A program made the translations under genes and the position numbers. Source: a virus. From it: a stretch of 64,000 bases of DNA. Positions within the stretch are counted from its first letter, which is position 1; every line of letters starts with the position of its first letter. This document shows positions 1 through 9,158 of the stretch, piece after piece. The notes beneath the pieces are model-generated. The model was not told the DNA's origin, made no database searches, and saw only the letters and a list, made by a program, of their open reading frames with translations. Location: positions 21,329 to 85,328 of the IMG/VR virus record IMGVR_UViG_3300031576_000023, one strand, 5' to 3'.

Positions 1-2
1 AC

Positions 3-503
3 ATCGCCAACGGGGACGGCACGACCGAGCCGCTTGGAATCTTCGTGGCGGCCAGCACGACCAGCGTGAGCAACGCCAGCCCGTCTCCGTCCGGCTGGGA
101 CGTGGTCGACGTTGAGAACATGGTCAAGGGCCTGGGAAAGCAGTACCGCAACATGGGCAACCCGAGCGTCAGGTGGGTGTCGAACGACACGACCTACTTT
201 CGGGTGCGCGGCATGAAGGTCAGCACGACGGACGAGCGGAGGATTTTCGGCTACACGCACGAGGACTACAAGGTCATGGATCGGGGCTGGTCGATCCAGA
301 ACTCGATCGCCAACGCGAAAGTGGCCTTCGGGGACCTCAAGAAGTACCGCCTGTGGCGCCGGCTCGGCATGGAAATGATTGTGGACGAGAGCGGCCAGGC
401 GCTACGCTTAGAGAACTCGGTATTGATCGTCGTGCGGTCGCGATGGGCAGGACGGCCGGTGCTGCCACAAGCGTTCGCGGTAATGACGAATGCCCAGGCT
501 TAG
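3..503 (+). CDS. Major capsid protein, HK97 fold (C-terminal part, truncated by window edge)
   Basis: Open frame from the window edge: IANGDGTTEPLGIF...VAFGDLKKY...VLIVVRSRWAGRPVLPQAFAVM, typical HK97 capsid C-terminus; lies upstream of head-tail genes. Confidence 0.85.
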   Translation: MANGDGTTEPLGIFVAASTTSVSNASPSPSGWDVVDVENMVKGLGKQYRNMGNPSVRWVSNDTTYFRVRGMKVSTTDERRIFGYTHEDYKVMDRGWSIQNSIANAKVAFGDLKKYRLWRRLGMEMIVDESGQALRLENSVLIVVRSRWAGRPVLPQAFAVMTNAQA

Positions 504-530
504 GTTTGTTCGCCACCTACGCCGGCTCTC

Positions 531-1088
531 TCATTTCACAACGTATCTGGCGCGCACGTGTCCGCGGGCTTTCATCCACTCGGCCAACGACGTTGGCCCC
601 TCCGGCCCGGTCGGGTCTACGGTGAGCACGGCCAGCAGTCGGCCGTAGGTATCGTGTTCCCTCGCGACAGGCGAGGCCGTCACGTTCTCCGCGCTGGCCA
701 GCAGGGCCTGGAGGTCAACGGTCGCCAGCTTGCCCAGGCGGATTTCCTCGTCGGTGACCTCGACGCTGCGCCTGGCGCGCGTCTTCTCCCAGGCGTCGTA
801 GTCGGCGGCCCGGATGGTCCTGCCGCTGAGCGTGACGCCCCACGGCATCAGCACGTCCGCCTTGATCGTGTCGCCGTCGATAACCACCACGTTGGCGAGG
901 CGGAACTGGCCAGAAGGCTCGTCGATTGCCGCTGCTTCAAACGCTTCTTCTGGTTGCCTTTGGGCAATCTTTTGACCGAACGGCCAGCGAAGGTAGAGGA
1001 GGGCGACGCACCCAATGGAGAGCACAGAGATGAGGGTGATACCAAATCGCTTGCTAGTCAGATGGTAGGTTTGACAGCCGTCTCCCAT
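531..1088 (-). CDS. Thermonuclease (SNase) family nuclease with N-terminal TM or signal segment
   Basis: VIDGDTI, IRAADYDAWE and DTYGRLLA motifs; hydrophobic N-terminus. Confidence 0.8.
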   Translation of the reverse strand: MGDGCQTYHLTSKRFGITLISVLSIGCVALLYLRWPFGQKIAQRQPEEAFEAAAIDEPSGQFRLANVVVIDGDTIKADVLMPWGVTLSGRTIRAADYDAWEKTRARRSVEVTDEEIRLGKLATVDLQALLASAENVTASPVAREHDTYGRLLAVLTVDPTGPEGPTSLAEWMKARGHVRARYVVK

Positions 1089-1140
1089 ACGGGGTAGAGT
1101 TTAGCGTCGATTGTCGCGGTGTTCAAATGGAGAGAGCCAA

Positions 1141-1593
1141 ATGGAAGTGATTATCGAAGTCGCCACGCCCCCTGGCGCCGAACGGCCCAACTGTCCGCTG
1201 TACTGCGCGCCGCTGGGCAGCCACCTGATCGGGCGGATCAGGGTCGCAGACAACCCCATTCCAGTCCATGAGGACTTGCAGGCCCTACCGGAGATTCCAG
1301 GCCACCGTGTTTCTCTGGACGTCAAGAAGCGCCGCGTGCGAGTCTACCATCCGCTGGCCGATCCGAAGATGGCCGACCGACTGGAGAAAATACAGGCCCA
1401 CCAGAAGCGCGAGTTCGGCAGCGAGCGCTCGCCACCGCGAGAGATAGTTCTGGAAAATATGACCGACGCTGCCACGAGAGAATGGGCGCAGTGGCTGGAG
1501 GCGTGCGTGGCCGGAAAGCTTGTCACACTGCTCCAGGGCGAGCTTCCTCCGCCAGAGCTGAGGGACGCCGAGAGCAAGCAGCCGGTGGCTTAG
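1141..1593 (+). CDS. Hypothetical phage protein
   Basis: ORF with GGAGAG upstream of ATG 1141. Confidence 0.6.
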   Translation: MEVIIEVATPPGAERPNCPLYCAPLGSHLIGRIRVADNPIPVHEDLQALPEIPGHRVSLDVKKRRVRVYHPLADPKMADRLEKIQAHQKREFGSERSPPREIVLENMTDAATREWAQWLEACVAGKLVTLLQGELPPPELRDAESKQPVA

Positions 1594-1604
1594 CAGGTGG
1601 CCTG

Positions 1605-2546
1605 ATGCGCGTCGCGGTCGTCAGCCCTTTGCCGGCAGCCCTCAAGCACGACAAGTACGCGTGGGTCGCGGAGGGCGTGCTGGACGCCGGCCACGAGTGC
1701 GAAAGGGTCCACGGGCTGCCGGCGCTTCGGCAGGCCGATAAGTCTTGCGAGTTAGTGCTGTTCTGCCAGTACGCGGGCGGCCTCAACCCGCGCGATGTGG
1801 CGGATATCACTGCCACAAAGCGTGCTACCTGGGCGGTCTGGTGGTTCGACCTGCTGGCCGTGGACGCGTCGCGCCAGCTTGCCGAGCAGGACCATGTGCA
1901 GACCTACCTGCCGTTCCTCTCGGCGATGGATGTCGCGTTCGTCAAGGAGCGCGGCATGCTGGGCGAGTATGCGGCCCTCGGGGTTCGGGCGGCCTGGCTC
2001 GACCAGTGCTGCTGGCGCGGCATGCCGATGGCGTCTCTCTCCGAAAATCCCGAATGCGACGTGCTGGTGGCCGGGCGGAGCACGAACGAACGGCGGTGGC
2101 GCGATGTGGCGCTTCTGGTGCACGCGGGGTTCCGCGTTGCGTGGCTCGGACCATCCGGCGGGGGCCGGCTCCCGGACGGGCTAGCGGCCGTGTGGCCGTG
2201 GGTCAAGCCTGAATTGATGCCTGCCTACGCCGGCAGGTGCAAGGTCGCGCTTTCCGTGGACGCAAGGCAGGACGTGGACGGGTACACCAGCGATCGCCTG
2301 CACTTGCTCTGCGGGATGGGCGCTACGACCCTCCACCGACGTGGCTGCTGGGCGCCAGACTGCCGGGCGTTCTTCTACCAGTCCGATGACGAGATGGTCT
2401 CGCTCTGCCGTGCTCTGTGCGACACGACTATTCAGTACCGGCGCGCGAACGCCTCCGGGACAAGGGCAGTCGAGATGGACCGCCACACCTACGGCGACCG
2501 CATCGGCGAGATCGTCGCCTGCTTGAGTGCGAGCTGCGCTACATGA
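1605..2546 (+). CDS. Glycosyltransferase, GT-B CgeB-like
   Basis: WWFDLL motif and GYTSDRLHLLCGMG C-terminal motif; similar to 18076..18990. Confidence 0.7.
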   Translation: MRVAVVSPLPAALKHDKYAWVAEGVLDAGHECERVHGLPALRQADKSCELVLFCQYAGGLNPRDVADITATKRATWAVWWFDLLAVDASRQLAEQDHVQTYLPFLSAMDVAFVKERGMLGEYAALGVRAAWLDQCCWRGMPMASLSENPECDVLVAGRSTNERRWRDVALLVHAGFRVAWLGPSGGGRLPDGLAAVWPWVKPELMPAYAGRCKVALSVDARQDVDGYTSDRLHLLCGMGATTLHRRGCWAPDCRAFFYQSDDEMVSLCRALCDTTIQYRRANASGTRAVEMDRHTYGDRIGEIVACLSASCAT

Positions 2547-2707
2547 TAAAGCCTTCGGATGGAACGCGATGCCTCGGCTGCCACGGCGCAGGGTCGCTGA
2601 AGCTCCTCAACCGCGCCGTGTTCCTGGCGACGGGTAGGAAGAAGTACGCTGTGATGCAGTGCCCGCGCTGCGGCGGGACAGGCAAACACGGCCTCCGTGT
2701 CAAGTGA
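2543..2707 (+). CDS. Small DnaJ-type zinc-finger protein
   Basis: CLGCHGAG and CPRCGGTG motifs; ATGA overlap with upstream gene. Confidence 0.6.
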   Translation: MIKPSDGTRCLGCHGAGSLKLLNRAVFLATGRKKYAVMQCPRCGGTGKHGLRVK

Positions 2708-3095
2708 CGGTAGTGTCCTAGGACTGTGTTGCTGCTGACGTTCGGTGCGCACGGTCCAGGCCATCAAACACCCTAGCCTGTCAGTGCATAAACATCGGAA
2801 TCTCGTACCGGAAGGCACAGGATCACAACCAACGGAGAGAATCTGGTGATCGGCAAGCAACACGGAACAGAGGAAATGCAGAGTTAGAATAAAACGGCTG
2901 GTTGCGGCGCGGGAACGCTGCAACCAGCCCGGAACGATCTAAGCCTCAGAACGTCAATCCGGAGGGATGCGCCCATGTATGGACGCACACAGTCAGGGTC
3001 CGTCTTTAGTTTAGCCAGACCGCCACCATTTGCAAACGGAATCTCACCGTGCCTGCCGACTAGACGTTGGGCCGCCGACGCAGCATACTGGTGGC

Positions 3096-3341
3096 ATGCC
3101 TAAACGCTCAAGCAAGCAGAAAGACACCCAGCAGATGGCCAGAGCCATTCTAGACCAGGTAGTGCCCGATGCCGAGCCGGCCCTGCTCACGAAGCCAGAG
3201 AAGGCCAAGAATCCGGCCGCCGTCGCGCTGGGGCGGCTGGGGGGCCTCAAAGGTGGCAAGGCGCGGGCCAAGAAGTTGAGCAAGGTGAAGAGGGCAGAGA
3301 TCGCGCGTAAAGCTGCTCGCGCACGCTGGAAGCCGGAGTAG
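3096..3341 (+). CDS. Small basic protein (KNPAAVALGRLGGLKGGKARA type), often a passenger of IS1/IS1595-like elements
   Basis: Characteristic motif; lies inside the inverted repeats. Confidence 0.75.
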   Translation: MPKRSSKQKDTQQMARAILDQVVPDAEPALLTKPEKAKNPAAVALGRLGGLKGGKARAKKLSKVKRAEIARKAARARWKPE

Positions 3342-3351
3342 GAACCGCCCC

Positions 3352-3608
3352 CTATTCGTCTTCATCGTCAACATCCGGCAGCGGTCCCGGATCGTACTCT
3401 GTGCCGTGCTCCATTTCAGCCAGGTCCGGCTCGTAGTTGAAACTCAACATGATCTGCGCCCCGTGCGGGTTATTATCGTTATACGAGTCCTGGTCGATCT
3501 TCAACTGGCGATTGGCGCCCAAGATTGCTTTGCGGCGCTGCTGAAATGAACGGTGCATGAGATCGGGAATCGCGGAGCGGTCGAACCAAAGTGTCTTTTG
3601 GACCAGCT
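3352..3608 (-). pseudogene. Probably 5'-truncated conserved hypothetical gene
   Basis: QKTLWFD...SFQQRR...QLKIDQDSYNDNN C-terminal half; its 5' side abuts a 37-nt copy of 45364-45400. Confidence 0.45.
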
Positions 3609-3666
3609 TGCAAAGGCAGATCCGCTGGGGTGGGCGAGGCTTGCTCAATTCTTGAATCGTCGACGC

Positions 3667-3718
3667 CGCAGGGACTTATAAGCCCATGCGTCCGCGTTCA
3701 ACTCCCGGCAGGTCCACC
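3667..3718 (+). other. Degenerate tRNA 3'-half (att-like remnant)
   Basis: GGGACTTATAAGCCC anticodon-like arm, CCGCG-TTCAACT-CCCGG T arm, CAGGTCC-ACC acceptor end; no D arm. Confidence 0.4.
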
Positions 3719-4180
3719 GAACTCACCGCGCCTTGCGGCCACGGTCGTTTCGCACGCTAGTATAGCAACTCGCAGAGCGGCCAGCAACACAGAGCTAGGA
3801 CACTACCCACTACACGGTAGTGTCCTAATTTGAAATCCAGCAAGACGACGAAGGCCGCTGGAAGGTGAAGGAATAGAACGGCTCGGCGACCTACGGGGGT
3901 AAGTCGCTGAGCCGCCAAGGATGAACCCCCGCTGCTGTCGTGTCGGCTGACGCCTAGGAACGCTTCCGACCTGCCAGCCTTACAAGGAGGGCCACGCTAT
4001 GCGCTGGTTTCTGCCGTTCCTGTTGCCGATCATCCGGCAACGGGACGGCTCCGGTTGAAGCCGGAAGACGCTTTGCCGCAGGGCCGAAGACCTGCGGCAC
4101 TTTCCTGCTTCCCCGTGCCCCCATCATAGAATTCGGTCCGATGCAGGTCAAACTGTAAGTGACGGAGGGCGGCCCGCGTC

Positions 4181-4954
4181 TTGCCGGTGCAGCGGCCGTG
4201 GCGGCGTGATAGAATGCACGTAGGAGGCCCTACAGTGGAACTGTGCATCGTGACCCCGACCAGGAACCGCTGGCGCTGGCTACGCAGCCAAGCCGAGGCG
4301 CTGGCACCGCAGCTCGCCGACGGCGACCTGTGGGTCGTAGTGGCGGACTCCTGCCCAGTCGACGTCGAGGTCATGGACCAGGTGGCCGGGTGGCTCGGAG
4401 AGAGGATGGCCGTAGTAGAGCTGAGCTACGCCAGACGCGGTGACCGCGGCTGCGTCAACCGCGCCAGAAACGTCGGAACCCAGTTCGCAAAGAGCAACCA
4501 GTCCATTGTCGAGGTAGACGACCACGACATTGTGACGCCTGGCTGCCTCGACGCGCTCAGGGAAGCTATCGGGTGGGCGGGCTATGTGTACGGAGACTGC
4601 CACCAGGAAGCCGTTCTGCGGAGCCCAGGCGGCGACTTTCAGTTCATCGAACCCTGGCCGGACGTGACCGGAGAATACGGCTGCGGCGGAAGGGATGTCA
4701 TCGGTGTGCGCGCCTTTCGCAAGCAGCTCTGGGACTCTCTAGGAGGCTGGCGAGAGGACGTGTGGCCGGGCGGCGACTGGGACTTTTTCCAGCGCGCGGC
4801 GCACGAGTTGGAAGGGGTTGACCCTGGTATTGTCCACCTAGAACAAGCGCTGTGCACGGTGCTCGTGGACGCCGACAGCATATCGGGGCACAACAGGAGC
4901 GCAGGTGAACAGGCTACTGGTGAACAGGCTACTGGTGAACCATGCCGATCGTAG
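4181..4954 (+). CDS. Glycosyltransferase family 2
   Basis: IVTPTRNR, ARNVG, VDDHD, LGGWRE and DWDFF motifs. Confidence 0.85.
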   Translation: MPVQRPWRRDRMHVGGPTVELCIVTPTRNRWRWLRSQAEALAPQLADGDLWVVVADSCPVDVEVMDQVAGWLGERMAVVELSYARRGDRGCVNRARNVGTQFAKSNQSIVEVDDHDIVTPGCLDALREAIGWAGYVYGDCHQEAVLRSPGGDFQFIEPWPDVTGEYGCGGRDVIGVRAFRKQLWDSLGGWREDVWPGGDWDFFQRAAHELEGVDPGIVHLEQALCTVLVDADSISGHNRSAGEQATGEQATGEPCRS

Positions 4955-5688
4955 ACATCGCCGAGGCGAAGGCCGTAGTCGGCCGGGCTACCACGATCAC
5001 TGACAGGGACAGCGAGCTGATCGGCTTGCTGCTGCCGGTCGCCGAAGCGAACCTTGAGGACCACCTGGGAATTTCTGTGGCCCAGCAAAATATCACCGAG
5101 TATTACCCGCACGATGAGGAGCATGCGATCGTCTACGACTACCAGGAAACGTTCGTGGTCCAAGGCGACAAGGTTTACATCGAGCGCGGCGAGGTGCGCG
5201 GAAGTCTGCTGCACCTGCGAAAAACTCCGGTGCGCTCCATCACCACGTTGCACGAGGACCGCGAGGGGTACTTCGGTCAAGTGGCCGGATCGTTCGCTGC
5301 GGCGACCCTGCTGGTTTCCGGGACGGACTACTACTTGGCGCTTGACGAGCCCGGCATCTCGTTCGCGGGAAACCTGTGGCGGAGATATGCGAACTGGCCA
5401 ACGCAGCTCGGCTCGATCAAGGTCGTGTACGTGGCCGGGTTCACGGCGGCAGAGCTGGCGAACAGGTACAGCGCGTTCAAGTGGGGCGCTTTGAGAACTT
5501 TCGCCGACTTGTGGAGCCGCAGCAAGGCCATGCACGGCGGGCAGCGCAGCGACCAGATGTCGAGTGAGAGCATCGGCGGCGGGGTGTCGGCCGGGTACGT
5601 GAACGAGCACCTGCGCGGCCTGCCTGTGCCGGACGACGTGGCGGACAAGCTGGCGCGGTACGAGTCATACGACGAGCTGGGAATCTGA
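4942..5688 (+). CDS. Head-tail connector (adaptor) protein
   Basis: DIAEAKA, LRKTPVRSIT and IKVVYVAGF, gp6/gp15-like pattern; gene position. Confidence 0.75.
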   Translation: MPIVDIAEAKAVVGRATTITDRDSELIGLLLPVAEANLEDHLGISVAQQNITEYYPHDEEHAIVYDYQETFVVQGDKVYIERGEVRGSLLHLRKTPVRSITTLHEDREGYFGQVAGSFAAATLLVSGTDYYLALDEPGISFAGNLWRRYANWPTQLGSIKVVYVAGFTAAELANRYSAFKWGALRTFADLWSRSKAMHGGQRSDQMSSESIGGGVSAGYVNEHLRGLPVPDDVADKLARYESYDELGI

Positions 5689-5692
5689 GCAT

Positions 5693-6046
5693 ATGCCGCT
5701 TGGCCAGGCAATGACGGCGGAGCTGAAGGTTGGAACCCGCACGAGCGCGCAGGGCGCGACGGGCGAGGTCACCTGGAGCTACTCGTACACCAACGTGGAC
5801 GGGATTCCGTGCCGCTTCCACGACAGCGGTGCGATGGTTCGACAGGCCAGCTTCGGGCAGAACCAGCAGGTGGACGCCGTGGCGATCATCGACGCGAACG
5901 AGACTGTGGGGCCGGTGATTTTGACGACGGATACCGGCGAGCGCCGGCAGGTCCAGATCGACGGCGTAGCCTGGGAGGTCACGAAGGTGGCCGACCTTGG
6001 AAACATCGGCAGGCTGAAGCTCGTCTCGCTGCGGAAATGGAAGTGA
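5693..6046 (+). CDS. Head closure (stopper) protein
   Basis: Size, synteny, IDGVAWEV beta-rich C-terminus. Confidence 0.6.
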   Translation: MPLGQAMTAELKVGTRTSAQGATGEVTWSYSYTNVDGIPCRFHDSGAMVRQASFGQNQQVDAVAIIDANETVGPVILTTDTGERRQVQIDGVAWEVTKVADLGNIGRLKLVSLRKWK

Positions 6047-6049
6047 CGC

Positions 6050-6706
6050 ATGGCAGTTCAGTTCAGCGCCCAGGCCGGAGTCGGTGCTAAGCTGCAGATC
6101 AACCAGCAGGCGTTTCAGGCCCTCGGCAACGCCGTAAAAGAGGGCGGCGAGCAGGCGCTGAAGGACGCCGTGAAGGTCATGCGGATCGGCGCCCAGGAGC
6201 TGCGCAGGCGCGTGCAGAGGGTGTCCCCGGTCAAGGAGGGCCACATGCGCCAGAGCTGGCAGGTACACGAGAGAGCCGAGCCAGGCAAACACATCATCGA
6301 CATGGGCACAAGCGTCAAGAGCAAAGAGAATTACCCGTACCCTCTGTATCTCGAGCTCGGAACTCACCTGATCGCCGGCGGGGCCGTGATGGCCTGGCAG
6401 CCCGGCGACCCTCCGATCACGGAGTGGAAGGCCAAGCTCCAGGACATCCCCTCGTTCAAGCTCGCGGGCGACGTGCGCGGCCGCACGGGAAAAGTCAAGG
6501 AGTTCGGCGCCGGCAAGCCAGGCAGTCCGAAGTTCGAGCGGTCCGTCAAGATCGCCACGGGGGCGTTTACCGGCGGCCAGGGCGAGCAGATGCCGATGAT
6601 CCGGCCGGTGGCGTGGGAGCTGATGCCCGTGGTCCTCCAGGGGATGATAGAGGCCGCACAGAAGGGGCTTAAGACGTGGATGGAAGGCAAGAAGTTCGGT
6701 AAGTAA
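6050..6706 (+). CDS. Neck protein, HK97 gp10-like
   Basis: SPVKEGHMRQSW, YLELGT and PMIRP motifs. Confidence 0.75.
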   Translation: MAVQFSAQAGVGAKLQINQQAFQALGNAVKEGGEQALKDAVKVMRIGAQELRRRVQRVSPVKEGHMRQSWQVHERAEPGKHIIDMGTSVKSKENYPYPLYLELGTHLIAGGAVMAWQPGDPPITEWKAKLQDIPSFKLAGDVRGRTGKVKEFGAGKPGSPKFERSVKIATGAFTGGQGEQMPMIRPVAWELMPVVLQGMIEAAQKGLKTWMEGKKFGK

Positions 6707-6726
6707 GAATTAAGAGGACTGGCGGC

Positions 6727-7221
6727 ATGGCGGCGAACGACTACGGCGGTGTACTCAGTATCGTCGTAACCGGCTTGAAGGCCAGGACTGCGCTGACTAC
6801 GCTACTCGCCACCCGCAATATCGCCGGCACATCCAGCAAGGCCAACTCGATCTTCTACGCGACCCACGCCCCACTGCCGCCCTTGTTTCCGTGCATCGCC
6901 ATGCGGGACTTCGGGCCGTTCGCGGCCGACCCGACCAAGCATGAGCTGCCCATGTTGCTCTGTCGCGTGGCCGTCGAATTGTCTATATTCGGTAGGAGCC
7001 AGGACATCAGGGCGATCCAGTCGGAGATCGACCTGTACCTGGAGAGCGCGGAGTACAGCGGAGCGCTTGACACGGCGTCCTGGGCCATCAAGGATATCGA
7101 CACGAGCGGAGGCTGGGTGAACGTACAAGTCCCCAAGGAGCTGACGGCCGACGGGAGCACGACGAACCTGGAGCAGCGAGCGAAGACGTTTGACGTGGTC
7201 GCGGCCAACAAGCTCGACTAA
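6727..7221 (+). CDS. Tail terminator protein
   Basis: Synteny between neck and tail tube genes; size. Confidence 0.6.
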   Translation: MAANDYGGVLSIVVTGLKARTALTTLLATRNIAGTSSKANSIFYATHAPLPPLFPCIAMRDFGPFAADPTKHELPMLLCRVAVELSIFGRSQDIRAIQSEIDLYLESAEYSGALDTASWAIKDIDTSGGWVNVQVPKELTADGSTTNLEQRAKTFDVVAANKLD

Positions 7222-7232
7222 GGAGAATATCA

Positions 7233-7778
7233 ATGCCTACTAGTCCCGGCCAAGTCGGAGAGGTCACCAACGTGCGCGTTGGCGCCCATAAGATCACAAT
7301 TGATCCGACTGGCGTCTCGAAGATCGCCGGTTTCACGACAGGGTCCGTTGCGCTCTCGTGGGGCGTCCAGAGCAGGTTCGTATTGGCCAATGAGTTCGGC
7401 GGCACGCCAATCGACGAGGAGATATTCGGCCTCCAGCTCGGCATCTCGTTCTCGATGCTAGAGCGCGCCCTGCGCGTATTCGACATTGCGCTGAACGGGC
7501 TATACCCAAGCGTCGCGGTGGCCAACGCCAGGACTCTGATACGCGGCGGCATCGTCACTGCCCAGGATCGCGGCAAGGCAATCCTGCTGCACCCGATCAA
7601 GGAGGGCGCCAGCACGCAGCGCGACATCACGCTTCGCAAGATACTCCTGCGGCCGACAGGCAACTACGAGCTGTCCGACCAAGGCAACCAGATCATGCAG
7701 GTGACCGGGACGTGCGTCGTCGACATGGCGCAGTCCGACGGCCAGTTCCTGGCGCAGTTCAGCGAGCCGACGGCATGA
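7233..7778 (+). CDS. Major tail tube protein
   Basis: Strong AAGGAG RBS, GFTTGSV motif, synteny. Confidence 0.7.
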   Translation: MPTSPGQVGEVTNVRVGAHKITIDPTGVSKIAGFTTGSVALSWGVQSRFVLANEFGGTPIDEEIFGLQLGISFSMLERALRVFDIALNGLYPSVAVANARTLIRGGIVTAQDRGKAILLHPIKEGASTQRDITLRKILLRPTGNYELSDQGNQIMQVTGTCVVDMAQSDGQFLAQFSEPTA

Positions 7779-8296
7779 CCATGAGCGCGCCTGCGAGCGC
7801 AGTGACCATGTCGGACGGAAAGACCGTCGCCGTCAACCCGCCAAGGTTCGACGGGTTCCTGCGGTTCATGGAGGCACTCGGCGACGAGAACCTGCCCATG
7901 CCGGACCTGGCGAAGTCGGGGGTGAACGAGTGGCTCGACCAACTGAAGCAGGACGTGTCGCGCGCGGCTGGACAGGACGAGATTCGCGCCATGGCCATCC
8001 GGCAGCAGGTGATCCTGGTGGGCCTTCTGGCGGACGTCGTGTCTCACAACCTGGAGACGCTCTGGCGGTGGTTGCTGCGGTCGCCGTCGCTGCTTGCCAT
8101 CCTCGTCACGTCTTGCACCGGTAAGACCCAGGCCGAGCTGGACCAGCACTCGGCAGGGGAGTTCATGCGGCTCGCAACCGCCTCGTGGCTCGCGATGCGC
8201 CAAGACGGCGTGCTGGAGGGCTTCGGCAGTTTTTTCGGCGCGTTGCTTCCGCGCCTGTCAAGCCGCCCTGGGAGCACGACGCAGCAGGCCGCGTGA
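7775..8296 (+). CDS. Tail assembly chaperone (gpG-like)
   Basis: Follows tail tube gene; in-frame slippery T TTT TTC at 8230-8236. Confidence 0.65.
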   Translation: MTMSAPASAVTMSDGKTVAVNPPRFDGFLRFMEALGDENLPMPDLAKSGVNEWLDQLKQDVSRAAGQDEIRAMAIRQQVILVGLLADVVSHNLETLWRWLLRSPSLLAILVTSCTGKTQAELDQHSAGEFMRLATASWLAMRQDGVLEGFGSFFGALLPRLSSRPGSTTQQAA

Positions 8297-8763
8297 CCGA
8301 AACCGTGTACACGGGCAGCTACGGCGTCGCGGCCAGGAGAATCCTCGTCACGCTCGCGAGCGTCACGGGGTGGGGGCTGGCCGAGCTGGAGGGACTCATG
8401 GCAAGCCGCGCACTTAGACTTTCTCTGTCGTGCCTTGAGCACCTGGCGGACGAGCTGGAGGCGCAGCTCACGGCCGCGGCGATGCCGGTCGCGCTGTTGG
8501 CTGGCAAGAGCGAGGCGTTCGACCACGCTTGGCACCGTATACTCAGGATGCGCGGCGGCGAGGTCGTCTGGGACCCGCAGGAGGCCGCCGGGATCAAGGA
8601 GATCGAGCGCGAGATGTGCGAGGCGTATCCGTGGTACGAGGACTCGCTGCGGCTCGACAGAGTGTGGCGCGAGTACGGCTCGTCCGGACCGAAGCGGAAC
8701 CCGGACCAGCACAGCCGTATGGTGACGCCGCCGGGGTTCCCGAACTTGATAACGGGGATGTGA
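8236..8763 (+). CDS. Tail assembly chaperone gpT-like extension (-1 frame)
   Basis: Overlapping open -1 frame (8185..8763) reachable from the slippery site. Confidence 0.6.
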   Translation, partial: RRVASAPVKPPWEHDAAGRVTETVYTGSYGVAARRILVTLASVTGWGLAELEGLMASRALRLSLSCLEHLADELEAQLTAAAMPVALLAGKSEAFDHAWHRILRMRGGEVVWDPQEAAGIKEIEREMCEAYPWYEDSLRLDRVWREYGSSGPKRNPDQHSRMVTPPGFPNLITGM

Positions 8764-8764
8764 C

Positions 8765-9142
8765 GTGCCCCTGGCCATCACAGTGACACTGGTGAGCGGC
8801 GCCGACACTGCGACGTTCCGCGCGCTGCCGCCGAGTACCGAGGCGCCGGTCAGCGTGCCGGGCGTCATCCACAGGTCGGCCGGCGGCGCCCTCGTGCACT
8901 ACAAGGTCGGCGCGGCATACCACGAGGTCGTCCTTCAGGTGCAGCACATGACCAACGCGCAAAAGGACACTCTGGAGAGCTTCTTCCGCACGCACTGGAG
9001 AGACGCAATCACTTACACGGACGAGAACGGAAACGCCTTCGCCGCGTGCAAGATCATGGAGGGCTCGCTCGCGCTGCGCAAGGACTACAAGAACAGTTGG
9101 CACTGCTCGCTCAGGATGCAGCTCCCGAGCGTGCTGAAGTAA
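8765..9142 (+). CDS. Putative distal tail-like protein
   Basis: 125 aa beta-rich ORF in the tail module. Confidence 0.4.
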   Translation: MPLAITVTLVSGADTATFRALPPSTEAPVSVPGVIHRSAGGALVHYKVGAAYHEVVLQVQHMTNAQKDTLESFFRTHWRDAITYTDENGNAFAACKIMEGSLALRKDYKNSWHCSLRMQLPSVLK

Positions 9143-9158
9143 CAGACACCAGGTCTTT

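Larger units (their letters stand above)
2709..4163. mobile_element. Transposase-less IS1-like relic or composite insertion
   Basis: Inverted repeats GGTAGTGTCCTAGnnCTGTGTTGCTG at 2709-2734 and 3782-3807, third end GGTAGTGTCCTAATTTGAAAT at 3816-3836, flanking direct repeat AAGTGACGG at 2702-2710 and 4157-4165. Confidence 0.65.

Noticed and set aside
3600-3718. Intact tRNA, including tRNA-Sec
   Set aside because: No D arm and mismatched stems; only a 3' remnant is present, and I saw no tRNA-Sec in the window
2709-4163. CRISPR mini-array around the 37-nt spacer-like match
   Set aside because: No direct repeats flank it; the only Cas-like genes seen are TnpB and a phage Cas4-like exonuclease
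4904-4940. 15-bp tandem repeat GGTGAACAGGCTACT
   Set aside because: Simple slippage duplication at a gene end, about 2.5 copies
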